A stretch of 64,000 nucleotides of DNA from Acidobacteriota bacterium (GTDB lineage: Bacteria > Acidobacteriota > UBA6911): the NCBI GenBank assembly GCA_012719355.1, contig JAAYAM010000077.1, positions 25,383 to 89,382 on the forward strand, written 5' to 3'. A program made the translations under genes and the position numbers. Below, piece by piece: positions 1 to 10,397 of this stretch; positions within the stretch are counted from its first letter, which is position 1; each line of letters opens with the position of its first letter. Below the pieces are notes generated by a model. It was not told the DNA's origin and searched no databases. It worked only from the letters and a program-made list of their open reading frames with translations.

Positions 1-1056
1 AAGCGCTGATAGTAAGCGATCATTTTCCTCGCGTGTCCCGACGCTGATTCGCAGGCATTTCGAAAGCATCGGGTAGTGGGACACGTCCCGTATCAGGATT
101 CCCTGCCGGTAGAGATCATCGAAAACCGCGCGCGGCTCCTTCCCGACTTCGACCAGGAAGAAATTGGCCCGGGAAGGATAGACTTTCACGCCGGGAATAC
201 GGCCGAGCTCGGTTTCCAGGCGGGTTCTTTCCTGCAGCACCGCCTCGATCGCGGGGCGGAAACGTCCTGCATTTTCGAGCGCGACCTCTGCCGCGGTAAG
301 GCTGAACTGGTTGACGTTATAGGGAAGCTTCGCCTTGGAGATCTGGGCGGCGAGGTCAGGATGCGCCATCAGGTAACCGAGCCGCAGCCCAGCCATTCCC
401 ATGGCTTTCGAGAAGGTCCGGGTGATGATCAGTCGCGGATACGACTCGAGTATGTTCAGTGCGCTGCGTCCCCAGAACTCGTAATACGCTTCATCGAGAA
501 GCACGTGGCCCGAAAAGTTTTCCAGAATCTCTTTGAGCCCGTCCTCAGTCAAGACCGATCCGGTGGGGTTGTTCGGCGTGTTAATGATCAGGGCGGAGGC
601 ACCTGATTCCCGCGATGTCGCGATCAGCCGATCTATGTTGTAGCTCATGTCGGGATTGAGCGGAATATCGACCACCCCGGCGCCCAGAACGGTAGATATG
701 AGCCTGTAAACCGTAAAGGTCGGAACCGGAATCGCGACTTTGGTACGGGTCTTGATCAGGATCATCAAAGCCGCCTGCAGAAGTTCGTTCGAGCCGTTGC
801 CGACAAGAACGCCGTCCTTGCGCCAACCGGCAAACTCCGCAATCCGCGACTGGAGCGAATCCGGAACGAAATCGGGATAGCGCGACCACTGGCGCTCTCT
901 GTAGCGTCGGAATGTTTCTTCTTTGAGATCCTCCGGAAAGTCGTAAGGATTTTCGTTCTGGTTCAGTTTGATGTCAGCTTCATAGGCATGCAGCGTATAT
1001 GCCGGCACCTTCAAGACCTGAGATTTGATTCCATACAACGCAGAATTCTTCTTCAC
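1..1056 (-). CDS. hisC: histidinol-phosphate aminotransferase, C-terminally truncated by the window edge
   Basis: Reverse-strand translation starts VKKNSALYGIKSQVLKVPAYTLHAYEADIKLNQNENPYDFPEDL and contains IINTPNNPTGS and TFSKAMGMAGLRLGY, class-II aminotransferase PLP-lysine context. GTG start at 1054-1056 lies 2 nt after the hisD stop. Absent from the ORF track because its stop lies outside the window. Confidence 0.8.
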   Translation of the reverse strand, partial: MKKNSALYGIKSQVLKVPAYTLHAYEADIKLNQNENPYDFPEDLKEETFRRYRERQWSRYPDFVPDSLQSRIAEFAGWRKDGVLVGNGSNELLQAALMILIKTRTKVAIPVPTFTVYRLISTVLGAGVVDIPLNPDMSYNIDRLIATSRESGASALIINTPNNPTGSVLTEDGLKEILENFSGHVLLDEAYYEFWGRSALNILESYPRLIITRTFSKAMGMAGLRLGYLMAHPDLAAQISKAKLPYNVNQFSLTAAEVALENAGRFRPAIEAVLQERTRLETELGRIPGVKVYPSRANFFLVEVGKEPRAVFDDLYRQGILIRDVSHYPMLSKCLRISVGTREENDRLLSAL

Positions 1057-1058
1057 GG

Positions 1059-2369
1059 CTATGCATCCTTGCTCGACTGGGATTCTTCAGATTCCTGCCG
1101 GATGGTCACGGAACGGGCATGTGCATCCAGCCCTTCGGCTCTCGCCAGGGCATCAATCGATTTCCAGGTGCGCGAGAGTTCCTCTTTCGTGTAGCGTATG
1201 ATTCCTGTCTTGCGCTGGAAATCATAGACCCCGAGCGGCGAGGAGAAGCGCGCAGTCCCTCCGGTCGGAAGGACATGGTTGCTTCCGGCGAAATAGTCTC
1301 CTACCGCCTCGGGCGAGTAATCACCGTAGAAAATGGAGCCGGCATTGCGGCACTGGTCGATTGCCGTCACCGGAATGCTCGAGAACAGCTCGAGGTGTTC
1401 CGGCGCGATTTCGTTGATCCACTGGATCGACTCGAGGTAGCTGTCCATCACGACGATAGCGCCGTAATTGTCGAGCGACTTGCGTGCGATCTCCTTCCGC
1501 TGGAGCGATTCAAGCTGCGTCTCCAGCTCGCGCTGCACAAGCAGCGCATGCGGCATCGAATTCGTGAAACAGATCGAGCAGGCGGCTTCGTCATGCTCGG
1601 CCTGCGAAAGCATATCCGCGGCGATGAATCTAGGATTCGAGGTGGCGGTCGCCAGGATGACGACTTCGCTCGGCCCGGCTATCATGTCGATATCGACCTG
1701 GCCGAAGACCTCCCGCTTTGCTGCCGCGACCCATGCATTTCCCGGCCCTACGATCTTGTCGACACGCGGAATCGTTTCAGTCCCATATGCCAATGCGGCG
1801 ACCGCCTGGGCGCCTCCGACGGTGTACACCTCGGTCGCCTTCAGCTCGTGCAGTGCCGCGGCTATGATCGGGTGCTGCTGGAACGTACCGGGAGGAGTCA
1901 CGACCACAATCCGCGGAACACCGGCTATCTTGGCCGGGATCACGTTCATCAGGACAGACGAAGGATAGGCGGCGCTTCCGCCTGGAACATAGACTCCGAC
2001 GCTGTCGAGCGGAAGCACCCGCTGGCCGAGAACCACGCCGCGCTTGCTGAACTCCCACGATTTCTGCATCTGTCTCGCGTGGTAGGCGTGTATGTTGAAG
2101 ATGGCCTTCTCCAGATCCCTCAGCAGAACAGGATCGGCTTTTGCTGCGGCCGCCTGCAGCGTCCGCTCGGGCACGCGCAGCTGGCGGGCGGTCATCTTGA
2201 TTCTGTCGAACTTTTCGGTGAATTTCAGAAGCGCCTTGTCGCCGTCCTTGCGCACCTCTGAGATGATCCGTCTCACCGAACCTGTTATCTCTTCGGAGAC
2301 CAGACTCTTGCGGCTCTCCAGAAGCGCAAACAGCTTTGATCTATCCTTTTCTCGGAAAATGCGAACCAT
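1059..2369 (-). CDS. hisD: histidinol dehydrogenase
   Basis: 436 aa ORF. Full-length similarity pattern of HisD (SIDALARAEGLDAHARSV, GPGNAWVAAAKREVFG, LSQAEHDEAA). Confidence 0.9.
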   Translation of the reverse strand: MVRIFREKDRSKLFALLESRKSLVSEEITGSVRRIISEVRKDGDKALLKFTEKFDRIKMTARQLRVPERTLQAAAAKADPVLLRDLEKAIFNIHAYHARQMQKSWEFSKRGVVLGQRVLPLDSVGVYVPGGSAAYPSSVLMNVIPAKIAGVPRIVVVTPPGTFQQHPIIAAALHELKATEVYTVGGAQAVAALAYGTETIPRVDKIVGPGNAWVAAAKREVFGQVDIDMIAGPSEVVILATATSNPRFIAADMLSQAEHDEAACSICFTNSMPHALLVQRELETQLESLQRKEIARKSLDNYGAIVVMDSYLESIQWINEIAPEHLELFSSIPVTAIDQCRNAGSIFYGDYSPEAVGDYFAGSNHVLPTGGTARFSSPLGVYDFQRKTGIIRYTKEELSRTWKSIDALARAEGLDAHARSVTIRQESEESQSSKDA

Positions 2370-2386
2370 ATCCAGTCAACTCCGGC

Positions 2387-3715
2387 TCAGTTCATGATCG
2401 TTGCAGCAATACCCTTTTGTGCCATCAGGGCTTCGATTTCGGCAATATCTTTCGGTACGTCCTTCGACAGGATCTCGCATCCGTCTGTCGTCACCAAAAC
2501 AGTGTCCTCGATCCGGACTCCGAGGTTCCTGTCCGGCATGTACACGCCCGGTTCAATTGTGATCACGACCCCCGGGACGAACGGTTCGACACTTCCAACA
2601 TCATGAGTGGACATGCCGAGGTAATGACTCACGCCATGGTTCAGAAAGCGCGCGTATCCATGCCGGTCGAGCGCTTTATCGACGGCGTCCGCGAGATCAG
2701 CGAACGTCGCACCGGGCCGGATCTTCGCAATCGCGGCTTTCTGAGCATCGAGCACCGCCTGGTACACCTCAGCCTGTTCCCTGCGGAATTTGCCTGAAAT
2801 CGGGAAGGTACGGGTGATGTCCGAGACGTAGTACCGGTAGTCGGGCCCGAAGTCCATTACCACCAGATCCCCCTCTGACATTCTGCGCCCGTTGGCGCTG
2901 TAGTGCAAAATGCAGGAATTCGGACCCGATCCGACGATCGGATGAAAGGCAAAACCCGATGCCCCCTCCCAAAGGAAGACGAAATGCGCCAGAGCGGCCA
3001 GCTGATACTCATACATTCCGGGAGCGGCCGACCTCATAGCCTCTTTTATTCCCAGGGCGCCGATTCGTGCAGCTTCACGCAGTCTGGCTATTTCCTGAGC
3101 ATCCTTGACGCGGCGCATCTCATCCAGAACAGGAGAAAGATCTACGATCGGTACCGAGCCGAGTCTTGCCCGAAGGCTCTGCCCGAGCGCTGCCTCGCGG
3201 CTGATCCGCCCCTCCCAGACATCGCGGGACGTGAGCTCTTCATGCTTAAGGGCGCGGTCGCGGCTCACTGCCGCGGTTTCTATCGGCGAAAGCGGGAGGT
3301 AAAGACGATCGAGGTTCTCTTTACGCTTCTCGAGTTCACGTTCGAATTCGGAGATTTCCAGCACCTGGTCGATTCCAGTCGCGTTGCGCGCCTCGCGCCC
3401 CGGGTAAAGCCTCGGTCCTTCCCAGTTTTCTATCTCCTCGCTGCGGGGAGGAAGGAACAGAATAGATCGCTTCCGAATGCCGTCCAGCAGCAGGATTGCG
3501 CCCGGTGTCTCTACGCCGGTCAGGTAATAGAAGTTGTTGTCCTGGCGGAAGGCCGTATATGAGCTTGTCTCGGTGGCTCCTTTCAGGACGGCGATCGATC
3601 CCTCGATCTTCTCCATCAGGGCTTTTCGTCTTGCGGCAAAAAAGGAGTTGTCGTCAGCACCGGCAGCCGTCATCTGCAGCGCGACACATCCGATCAGAAA
3701 AGCCCTCAGCACCAT
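2387..3715 (-). CDS. secreted Xaa-Pro aminopeptidase (M24B family, PepP-like)
   Basis: M24 'pita-bread' C-terminal domain (HGVSHYLGMSTHDVG, VITIEPGVY, GVRIEDTVLVT) plus aminopeptidase P N-domain. Internal Met MVLRAFLIGCVALQMTAAGA gives a signal peptide, so the 36 aa N-extension of the ORF (to 3823) is probably not translated. Confidence 0.75.
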   Translation of the reverse strand: MVLRAFLIGCVALQMTAAGADDNSFFAARRKALMEKIEGSIAVLKGATETSSYTAFRQDNNFYYLTGVETPGAILLLDGIRKRSILFLPPRSEEIENWEGPRLYPGREARNATGIDQVLEISEFERELEKRKENLDRLYLPLSPIETAAVSRDRALKHEELTSRDVWEGRISREAALGQSLRARLGSVPIVDLSPVLDEMRRVKDAQEIARLREAARIGALGIKEAMRSAAPGMYEYQLAALAHFVFLWEGASGFAFHPIVGSGPNSCILHYSANGRRMSEGDLVVMDFGPDYRYYVSDITRTFPISGKFRREQAEVYQAVLDAQKAAIAKIRPGATFADLADAVDKALDRHGYARFLNHGVSHYLGMSTHDVGSVEPFVPGVVITIEPGVYMPDRNLGVRIEDTVLVTTDGCEILSKDVPKDIAEIEALMAQKGIAATIMN

Positions 3716-3819
3716 CAACTCCCCCGTTGGCAAAACACTGATAATAACACCGATCGGGCCGCAGATGACACAGATTAGGCAGTGTTTATCCCGCAAGGCC
3801 ACCGGTGACCGGAAGGAAT

Positions 3820-5055
3820 TCAATTTCCGCGGGTCTTCCTGCCGGCTGGTTTCACCAGCGCGGCGCGCGTGATGGCGCTGTCGCCGAAACGCCGGACGAT
3901 AGCATCCATTGCGGATGCGAGTTTTCGGTCCTTCTGCTGCGGTTCGCTGAAAAACTCCATCTGTTCGCCTGACGACTCCGTTACCAGATTGCTTCCCGAG
4001 ACTCCTATGAGCCTGACCAGGATGCCGGGCCGCAGGAGCGAATTCAGCAGGCCGAGTGCGGCGGGAAAGATCTTTTCGGCGGTATCGACCGCTTCCTCGA
4101 GGGTGACACGGCGTGTGTAGGTGGAAAAATCCGCCTCTCGGTATTTGACCGTGATCGTCCGGGCGCGGGCATGATGGGCCCTGAGGCGTACAGAGACCTT
4201 CTCGGAGAGGCCGAGAAGCGTGGACTTCAGCAGCTCGCGGTCGCCCGTATCCTGCTCGAAGGTGAATTCGTGTCCGATCGATTTTACTTCCTGCTCCCTC
4301 ACCACGGGCCGGTCATCGATCCCGTGCGCAAGCTGCCACAGATGAGCCCCGTTCTTTCCCAGCCGCATGATCAGATCTCCGTGCGGCAGTTCGGCAATCT
4401 GGCCGATGCGCTCGATACCGGCCTTCCTGAGTACGGCTTCAGTCTTAGGCCCTACGCCCCACAGGCGTCCTACCGGCAAAGGAGCAAGGAACTCCCTCTC
4501 GTGCCCCGGCTGTACGACGACAAGGCCGTCAGGCTTCTTCAGATCGGACGCAACCTTTGCAACGAACTTGTTGCCGGCCATTCCCACCGAAGCCGTAAGC
4601 TTCAGTTCGCGCCGTATTCTCTCTTTGATCTTCAGCGCAATTTCACCCCCCGAACCGTAGAGCTGTTCACTCCCGGTCACGTCAAGAAAAGCTTCATCGA
4701 TGCTGACCTGCTCGATCAAGTCCGTGAACTCAAAGAATATCCCTATCATCTGATCCGAGACACGGGCGTATTTTTCCATATCGGGGAGCACGTAGATCCC
4801 GTGGGGACAGAGCTTCCATGCCCGGGAGATGGGCTGGGCGGAATGCACCCCGTATTTGCGGGCCTCGTAGGAACAGGTTGATACAATACCTCTCCCTTTC
4901 CCCTCCTTCGGGTCCGACCCCACAATGACGGGCTTGCCGGCATATTCGGGATGGTCCCGCTGTTCGACTGCGGCGAAGAACGCGTCCATGTCCACGTGAA
5001 GAATTGTTCTGCCCACGACCCGGCTCCAGATGCGACCATTATAGCTTGACCGCAC
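3820..5055 (-). CDS. dinB: DNA polymerase IV (Y-family)
   Basis: ILHVDMDAFFAAVEQRD, SIDEAFLDVTG and the Y-family palm/fingers/little-finger order. True start is probably an internal GTG near 5019, because the ORF-track start leaves only 27 nt to the divergent MFS gene. Confidence 0.85.
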   Translation of the reverse strand: MRSSYNGRIWSRVVGRTILHVDMDAFFAAVEQRDHPEYAGKPVIVGSDPKEGKGRGIVSTCSYEARKYGVHSAQPISRAWKLCPHGIYVLPDMEKYARVSDQMIGIFFEFTDLIEQVSIDEAFLDVTGSEQLYGSGGEIALKIKERIRRELKLTASVGMAGNKFVAKVASDLKKPDGLVVVQPGHEREFLAPLPVGRLWGVGPKTEAVLRKAGIERIGQIAELPHGDLIMRLGKNGAHLWQLAHGIDDRPVVREQEVKSIGHEFTFEQDTGDRELLKSTLLGLSEKVSVRLRAHHARARTITVKYREADFSTYTRRVTLEEAVDTAEKIFPAALGLLNSLLRPGILVRLIGVSGSNLVTESSGEQMEFFSEPQQKDRKLASAMDAIVRRFGDSAITRAALVKPAGRKTRGN

Positions 5056-5081
5056 CTCCCTGTTGCTGAAGTATTCAGTTC

Positions 5082-6359
5082 ATGAAAGAGGAGGGGGTCA
5101 CGACCAAGGAACGACCTGCCGGATATCTCGAACTCCTTCGTGAGAACAGAAACTTCCGGATGCTCTGGCTCGGGCAGGTGGTCAGTGAACTCGGAGACTG
5201 GCTGAGCACGGTAGCGGTACTCAATCTGTTGCTTGAGCTGACCGGAAGAGCACAGTCCGTGGCTCTCTTCTTCATAGTGATCTACATCCCGGGAATGTTC
5301 ATCGGCCCCATTGCGGGGGTGCTTGTGGACCGCCTCGACAGGAAACGGCTGATGATCATCATGGATGTGATCAGGGCGATCCTCGTCTTGGGATATCTCC
5401 TGGTGCGGAGCCGGAACCAGATCTGGCTGGTTTACCTGATTGCGGCCGCCCAGGTGTCAATGGTGACGTTTTTCGAACCGGCCCGGACGGCGGCAGTTCC
5501 CAATATCTGCAAACCCCGCGAATGGGTTTCGGCAAATGCCATCGGCAGCATCACCTGGTCCACCGTGCTTGCCGTCGGGGCTGCAGTCGGCGGGATTGTC
5601 ACGGCGGCTTTCGGCCGCGACGCCTGTTACATCCTGGATTCCATGTCGTTTCTTTGTTCGGCCTGGTTCATCAGCAGGATATCGGTCCGGCTGGAAGCGA
5701 ACCGTCCCGAGCTCCCTTTGCTCCAGGGTATATCGACGGCATTCAGGGACATTATCGAAGGAATTGCCTACATCAAAAAGCGTCCCGGCGTACTGGGGAC
5801 GCTTCTCGTGAAGAGCGCGTGGGGAGCGGCGGGAGGAACCGTCCTGCTGCTCAGCGTCTTCGGAGAAAAGATATTCCCGATCATGGGGAGCGGCGCCGCC
5901 GGTATCGGAGCGCTGTACGCGGCCAGAGGAATCGGAGCCGGGCTCGGCCCTTTGCTGGCAAGGCGTTTTGCTGGCAACCGGCGCAGCGCGCTGCGCACCT
6001 CGATTACGGTCGGATTTTTCGTCAGCGGCATCTTCTTCATTGCGTTCGGGCAGGCACAATCATTTACTGCTGCGGCGCTTGCCCTGATAATCGCGAACAT
6101 GGGAGGGAGCGTGCTGTGGGTCTTCTCCACGTTTCTCCTGCAGATCGATGTTCCGGACGATTTCCGGGGACGGGTGTTCGCGCTCGACTTTGTCCTGTTC
6201 ACTATCGGGTTTGCAATTTCTAATTACTTATCCGGACACCTGCTCGACGTTGTGATGCTGAACCCCAGGACCGTTGCAGTGATTATCGGAGCGTATCTCC
6301 TGCTCCCCGGCGTGCTGTGGCTTCTGGGAACACATCGTGCGCGGCCGGTACTGGAGTAA
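5082..6359 (+). CDS. MFS transporter (EntS/YbdA-like family)
   Basis: 425 aa with about 12 predicted TM helices. N-terminal NRNFRMLWLGQVVSELGDW motif typical of this MFS subfamily. Confidence 0.75.
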   Translation: MKEEGVTTKERPAGYLELLRENRNFRMLWLGQVVSELGDWLSTVAVLNLLLELTGRAQSVALFFIVIYIPGMFIGPIAGVLVDRLDRKRLMIIMDVIRAILVLGYLLVRSRNQIWLVYLIAAAQVSMVTFFEPARTAAVPNICKPREWVSANAIGSITWSTVLAVGAAVGGIVTAAFGRDACYILDSMSFLCSAWFISRISVRLEANRPELPLLQGISTAFRDIIEGIAYIKKRPGVLGTLLVKSAWGAAGGTVLLLSVFGEKIFPIMGSGAAGIGALYAARGIGAGLGPLLARRFAGNRRSALRTSITVGFFVSGIFFIAFGQAQSFTAAALALIIANMGGSVLWVFSTFLLQIDVPDDFRGRVFALDFVLFTIGFAISNYLSGHLLDVVMLNPRTVAVIIGAYLLLPGVLWLLGTHRARPVLE

Positions 6360-6375
6360 CCAGCTGAACGCACCT

Positions 6376-8004
6376 TCACGTCTGCAGAACTCCGGTCTGA
6401 AACGGGGGGACATGAGGATTGTGGGCAGCAACTTCGAGGGCCAGTATCAGGGCGTCGCGTGTCTCCAGGGGTGAAACGATTCTGTCGATCCACAGGCGCG
6501 CGGCCGCATAGCGTGGATCGAGTGTGGCATTGTATTGCGCTTCGACGCTTGTCACGATGCGCTCTTTCTCCTCCGCGGATAACGTCCTTCCTTTCATCTC
6601 CTCCTGGCGCACCCGTATGTCGGCCAGCGTTCGCGCCGCGGACGCACCGGCCATGACGGCATATTTCGCGCAAGGCCAGGCAAAAATGAAGCGGGGATCA
6701 TATGCCTTGCCGCAGAGCGCGTAATGTCCCGCGCCGTAACTCCCGCCCGCTATGAGAGTGATCTTCGGCACCACGCTGTTGGCAACCACATTCACGAGTT
6801 TGGCGCCCGATTTGATGATTCCCGAAACCTCCGCGTCCCTCCCCACCATGAACCCGTTGACGTCGTGAATGAACAGGAGCGGAATCAGGTTTTCGTTGCA
6901 GTCCATGATGAACCGCGCCGCTTTGTCGGCCGCGTCACTGTAAATGACTCCGCCGACTTGAAGAGGCTTGCCCGGCTCGCGTATGTGAGCCCTGTTGTTC
7001 GCTACGATCCCTACGGCCCATCCGCCCATACGCGCGTATCCGCAGATCAACGATTTTCCGAATTCGGCCTTGTATTCGAGAAATTCGCCGCTGTCGATCA
7101 GGCACGCCAGGATCCCGCGCATATCGTATTCGCGTGAAGGATTCAGCGGCATCCGGACCAGGAGTTCTTCAGCGCTTTCAAGAGGCTCACGTGAAGCTTC
7201 CCGGCTGAAGGGAGCACGGGGAGGACGGCCCATGAGTGACACGATCTCCCGTATTCGTCCGATACAGGAAGGATCGTCCTTTTCCCGGAAATCGACCGTA
7301 CCGCTCAGTTCGGAATGAAGGCGGGCCCCTCCCAGAGCCTCGCCGGTCAGATCCTGGCCTATTGCGGCCTTCACCAGGGAAGGCCCGGCAATGTAAAGAC
7401 CGCTTCCTTCCGTCATGAGGATTTTGTCGGACATTACCGGGAGATACGCGCCTCCTGCGACACAACTCCCCATGATCGCGGCGATCTGCGGAACACCGAG
7501 CGCCGAGAGCCGTGCGTTGTTCCGGAAAATCCTGCCGAAATCGTCCTCGTCGGGAAATACTTCGTCCTGCAGCGGCAGAAACACGCCCGCAGAGTCCACC
7601 AGGTAGATCAGCGGCAGGCGGTTGTCCATCGCAATGCGCTGGGCGCGCAGGACCTTTTTCGCGGTCATCGGAAAGAATGAGCCGGCTTTGACGGTGGCGT
7701 CATTCGCGATGATCATGAAAAGGCGGTCCTGCACTTTCCCGATGCCGGTCACGACTCCCGCCGACGGTGCACCTCCCCACTCCCGATACATTTCGTAGGC
7801 TGCAAAAAGACCCAATTCGAAGAACTGCGTTCCCGCGTCAACAAGCAGTCTGATCCTCTCACGCGCCGTCAGACGATTCTTTGCATGCTGCTTTTCGATC
7901 GATTCAGGTCCACCCCCCTGCAGCAGAGCCTTCTCATCTTCACCAAGGCGCTCGAGCAGCCTCTTCCATGCATCGCGGTTGTCTTCCACGTCCGTACCTC
8001 CCAT
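6376..8004 (-). CDS. acyl-CoA carboxylase carboxyltransferase beta subunit (propionyl-/methylcrotonyl-CoA carboxylase beta-like)
   Basis: 542 aa. Two crotonase-fold CT domains (IMGSCVAGGAYLPVMSD; GGSYGAGHYALCGKAYDPRFIFAWPCAKYAVMAGASAA). Confidence 0.85.
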   Translation of the reverse strand: MGGTDVEDNRDAWKRLLERLGEDEKALLQGGGPESIEKQHAKNRLTARERIRLLVDAGTQFFELGLFAAYEMYREWGGAPSAGVVTGIGKVQDRLFMIIANDATVKAGSFFPMTAKKVLRAQRIAMDNRLPLIYLVDSAGVFLPLQDEVFPDEDDFGRIFRNNARLSALGVPQIAAIMGSCVAGGAYLPVMSDKILMTEGSGLYIAGPSLVKAAIGQDLTGEALGGARLHSELSGTVDFREKDDPSCIGRIREIVSLMGRPPRAPFSREASREPLESAEELLVRMPLNPSREYDMRGILACLIDSGEFLEYKAEFGKSLICGYARMGGWAVGIVANNRAHIREPGKPLQVGGVIYSDAADKAARFIMDCNENLIPLLFIHDVNGFMVGRDAEVSGIIKSGAKLVNVVANSVVPKITLIAGGSYGAGHYALCGKAYDPRFIFAWPCAKYAVMAGASAARTLADIRVRQEEMKGRTLSAEEKERIVTSVEAQYNATLDPRYAAARLWIDRIVSPLETRDALILALEVAAHNPHVPPFQTGVLQT

Positions 8005-8056
8005 AAGATTATAGTTCCCGGTTTACCGGCCCGGAACCGCACCTTTTACTTTTCAT

Positions 8057-8084
8057 TTGGCATTGAGTTCAGTTCTGGTATGAT
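8057..8084 (+). promoter_or_regulatory. putative sigma70-type promoter for feoB (TTGGCA-N16-TATGAT)
   Basis: Read directly: ttggca 8057-8062, 16-nt spacer, tatgat 8079-8084, in the AT-rich 125-nt divergent region upstream of feoB. Confidence 0.3.
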
Positions 8085-8128
8085 CGTGGGTTTTGATTGA
8101 AATTAGCTTTCATTAAGGTAGCCCGCTA

Positions 8129-10390
8129 ATGGTGTCAGAGAGTGGTCGGAGTACGAAGACAGTAGTACTGGTCGGGAATCCAAATGTCGGCAAATCGGTG
8201 ATCTTCAGGCTTCTGACGGGCAATTATGTTCTGGTATCGAACTTTCCAGGCACGACAGTCGAAGTCTCGCGGGGCAAGCTCCAGTTGAATGGAGCCTCCT
8301 ATGAAGTGATCGACACCCCGGGGGTCAACAGCCTGGTGCCGCAATCGGAGGATGAACGGGTCACGTGCGAAATCCTGCTGAAGGAAAAGCCCGATCTGAT
8401 CATCCAGGTGGCAGACGCCAAGAACCTGCGCAGGACACTGCTGATCACATCGCAGCTGGCCGAATTCGGGATACCGATGATTCTCGTCCTGAACATGATT
8501 GATGAAGCGGAGGAGCGAGGGATCGAGATCGACAGCAAGAGAATCGCGGAGCTCTTTTCCATTTCTGTCGTCGAGACAGTGGCAATTTACTCCCGCGGGC
8601 GACGGCAACTGCTCAATGCGATCCAGGCGCCCTCCTGTCCGCGCAATCCTCTCAGGGAATCGGGCGCGGGATCGAGGCTGATCGAATCTCTTGACGGAAT
8701 CGGCGCACCTGCGCTTTTGTCGATTGAATGGATGGCCGAAGGAAACGGAGATCTTGCCCAGGCAATCATAAGCTCGCTCAGCCCCGAAGCGTCTTCAAAG
8801 CTCGGGAACTGGATCGGCAGCTACTCCAACGGACGCAGAAACCCGGCCAGAGAAGTGGCTGAGATCCGGTCGCGGCTGCTCGACACTTCCGTCGCCTCCT
8901 TCAAGAAGAAGAGGAAGAGCCGTTTCACGGAAGAGGGGAGCTGGAGCAGGAAAATCCTGCTTTGGCTGCTGGCCGGAGGAACATTGCTCTTTTTATGGAA
9001 CGAGGCGGGAGGCCTGTTCAATATCAGGACTCCGTTCGAAGTCGTTTCCCGGGCGGTATCGGGCAGGCTCGACAGGCTGCTTACTGACGCCGGGCTGGGC
9101 GGAGGAATCCTCCAAAGCGTGCTGCTCGGAAAGAACGACGGCGGCAGGTATGAATACGGGATAATTCCCGAGGTGATTCACTTCCTCCTGCTGATCGCCC
9201 CTGTAATCATCCCGCTCGGTATGCTCATTTCGCGCAGCCGTACCTTCGTGTATGAACTTGGAATTCTGACGCGTCGCGCCTTGACCGGAATCCCCATCCT
9301 GATCGGCGTTCTTCTGCTGCTGTATGAGTTCGTCGGGTATACGGGGGCACAGACGCTGGTCGCGCTATTCGAGGACATCCTTTTCGGCGAATACGTGGTT
9401 CCACTGGTACGGAGCATTCTCCCTGCGGGATTCATTTCGGAACTGCTTGCCGGAGAGTACGGGCTCATCTCGATGGGCCTCACCTACGCCATCGGGATTG
9501 TTCTTCCGGTGGTGGGAACGTTCTTCATTGCTTTCAGCCTGCTTGAAGACAGCGGATACCTGCCCCGTCTCTCGATTCTCTCTGACCGCCTGATGCGGAT
9601 CATGGGGCTCAACGGCAAAGCCGTACTGCCTATGGTGCTCGGATTCGGCTGCGGAACGATGGCCACGATGTCGACACGGATCTTGAGTTCAAAGAGGGAA
9701 CGGCTGATCGCGATACTCCTCCTTGCGCTTGGCATACCCTGCTCGGCGCAGCTGGGGGTGATGCTGGGAATTGCAGCCGGCTTTTCCCAGAAGGCCACCC
9801 TGACGGTCATTGGGGTTGTGGCATCTCAACTCGTACTGGTCGGCTTTATCTCCAGCAGGCTCATCGGTGGGCGGCCAAGCGAGTTCATTTTCGAAATCCC
9901 CCCGATCCGCAGGCCACAGTTCAAAAACGTGGCACTGAAGACATGGTACCGCCTGCAGTGGTATCTGAAGGAGGCGGTGCCTCTTTTCCTCCTCGGAACG
10001 CTGGTACTGTTTGTACTGGACGCTCTTCATTTCAACGGTCTGAGTTTTCTGAAATGGTTTGAAAGAGGTGTGGCGCCGATTATTTCCGGTCTGCTTGACC
10101 TCCCTTCGGAGGCTGCCGGCATCTTTCTGCTCGGCTTTCTGCGGCGTGACTACGGAGCGGCAGGGCTGTACGATCTCGCGCGGAACGGGCTTCTCAACGG
10201 CCAGCAGGTAGTCGTCAGCATGGTCGTAATCACGCTGTTCGTTCCGTGCCTGGCCAGTTTCCTTATGATCATCAAGGAACAGGGGCTGAAACGCGCTCTG
10301 GCGATCGCAGGATTCATCGTGCCGTTCGCACTGCTGGTAGGATACGTTCTGAACCTGGTCCTGCGCACATTCAATATTCAGTTCACATAG
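8129..10390 (+). CDS. feoB: ferrous iron transporter FeoB (GTPase + membrane permease)
   Basis: N-terminal G-domain VLVGNPNVGKSVIFRLLTG...DTPG, followed by Gate and nucleoside-recognition membrane domains. 753 aa. Confidence 0.9.
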   Translation: MVSESGRSTKTVVLVGNPNVGKSVIFRLLTGNYVLVSNFPGTTVEVSRGKLQLNGASYEVIDTPGVNSLVPQSEDERVTCEILLKEKPDLIIQVADAKNLRRTLLITSQLAEFGIPMILVLNMIDEAEERGIEIDSKRIAELFSISVVETVAIYSRGRRQLLNAIQAPSCPRNPLRESGAGSRLIESLDGIGAPALLSIEWMAEGNGDLAQAIISSLSPEASSKLGNWIGSYSNGRRNPAREVAEIRSRLLDTSVASFKKKRKSRFTEEGSWSRKILLWLLAGGTLLFLWNEAGGLFNIRTPFEVVSRAVSGRLDRLLTDAGLGGGILQSVLLGKNDGGRYEYGIIPEVIHFLLLIAPVIIPLGMLISRSRTFVYELGILTRRALTGIPILIGVLLLLYEFVGYTGAQTLVALFEDILFGEYVVPLVRSILPAGFISELLAGEYGLISMGLTYAIGIVLPVVGTFFIAFSLLEDSGYLPRLSILSDRLMRIMGLNGKAVLPMVLGFGCGTMATMSTRILSSKRERLIAILLLALGIPCSAQLGVMLGIAAGFSQKATLTVIGVVASQLVLVGFISSRLIGGRPSEFIFEIPPIRRPQFKNVALKTWYRLQWYLKEAVPLFLLGTLVLFVLDALHFNGLSFLKWFERGVAPIISGLLDLPSEAAGIFLLGFLRRDYGAAGLYDLARNGLLNGQQVVVSMVVITLFVPCLASFLMIIKEQGLKRALAIAGFIVPFALLVGYVLNLVLRTFNIQFT

Positions 10391-10397
10391 AGAGAGT

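Noticed and set aside
1119-2261. 380 aa + strand ORF antisense to hisD. Similar long antisense ORFs at 18118-18897, 20360-21109, 35706-36866, 52326-53309 and 60455-61678.
   Set aside because: These lie opposite genes with strong homology. High GC content suppresses stop codons on the antisense strand, and they show no recognisable protein features.
3716-3823. 36 aa N-terminal extension of the Xaa-Pro aminopeptidase ORF
   Set aside because: The internal Met at 3715 initiates a canonical signal peptide (MVLRAFLIGCVALQMTAAGA). The extension is Cys-rich, hydrophobic and unconserved-looking, so it is probably untranslated.
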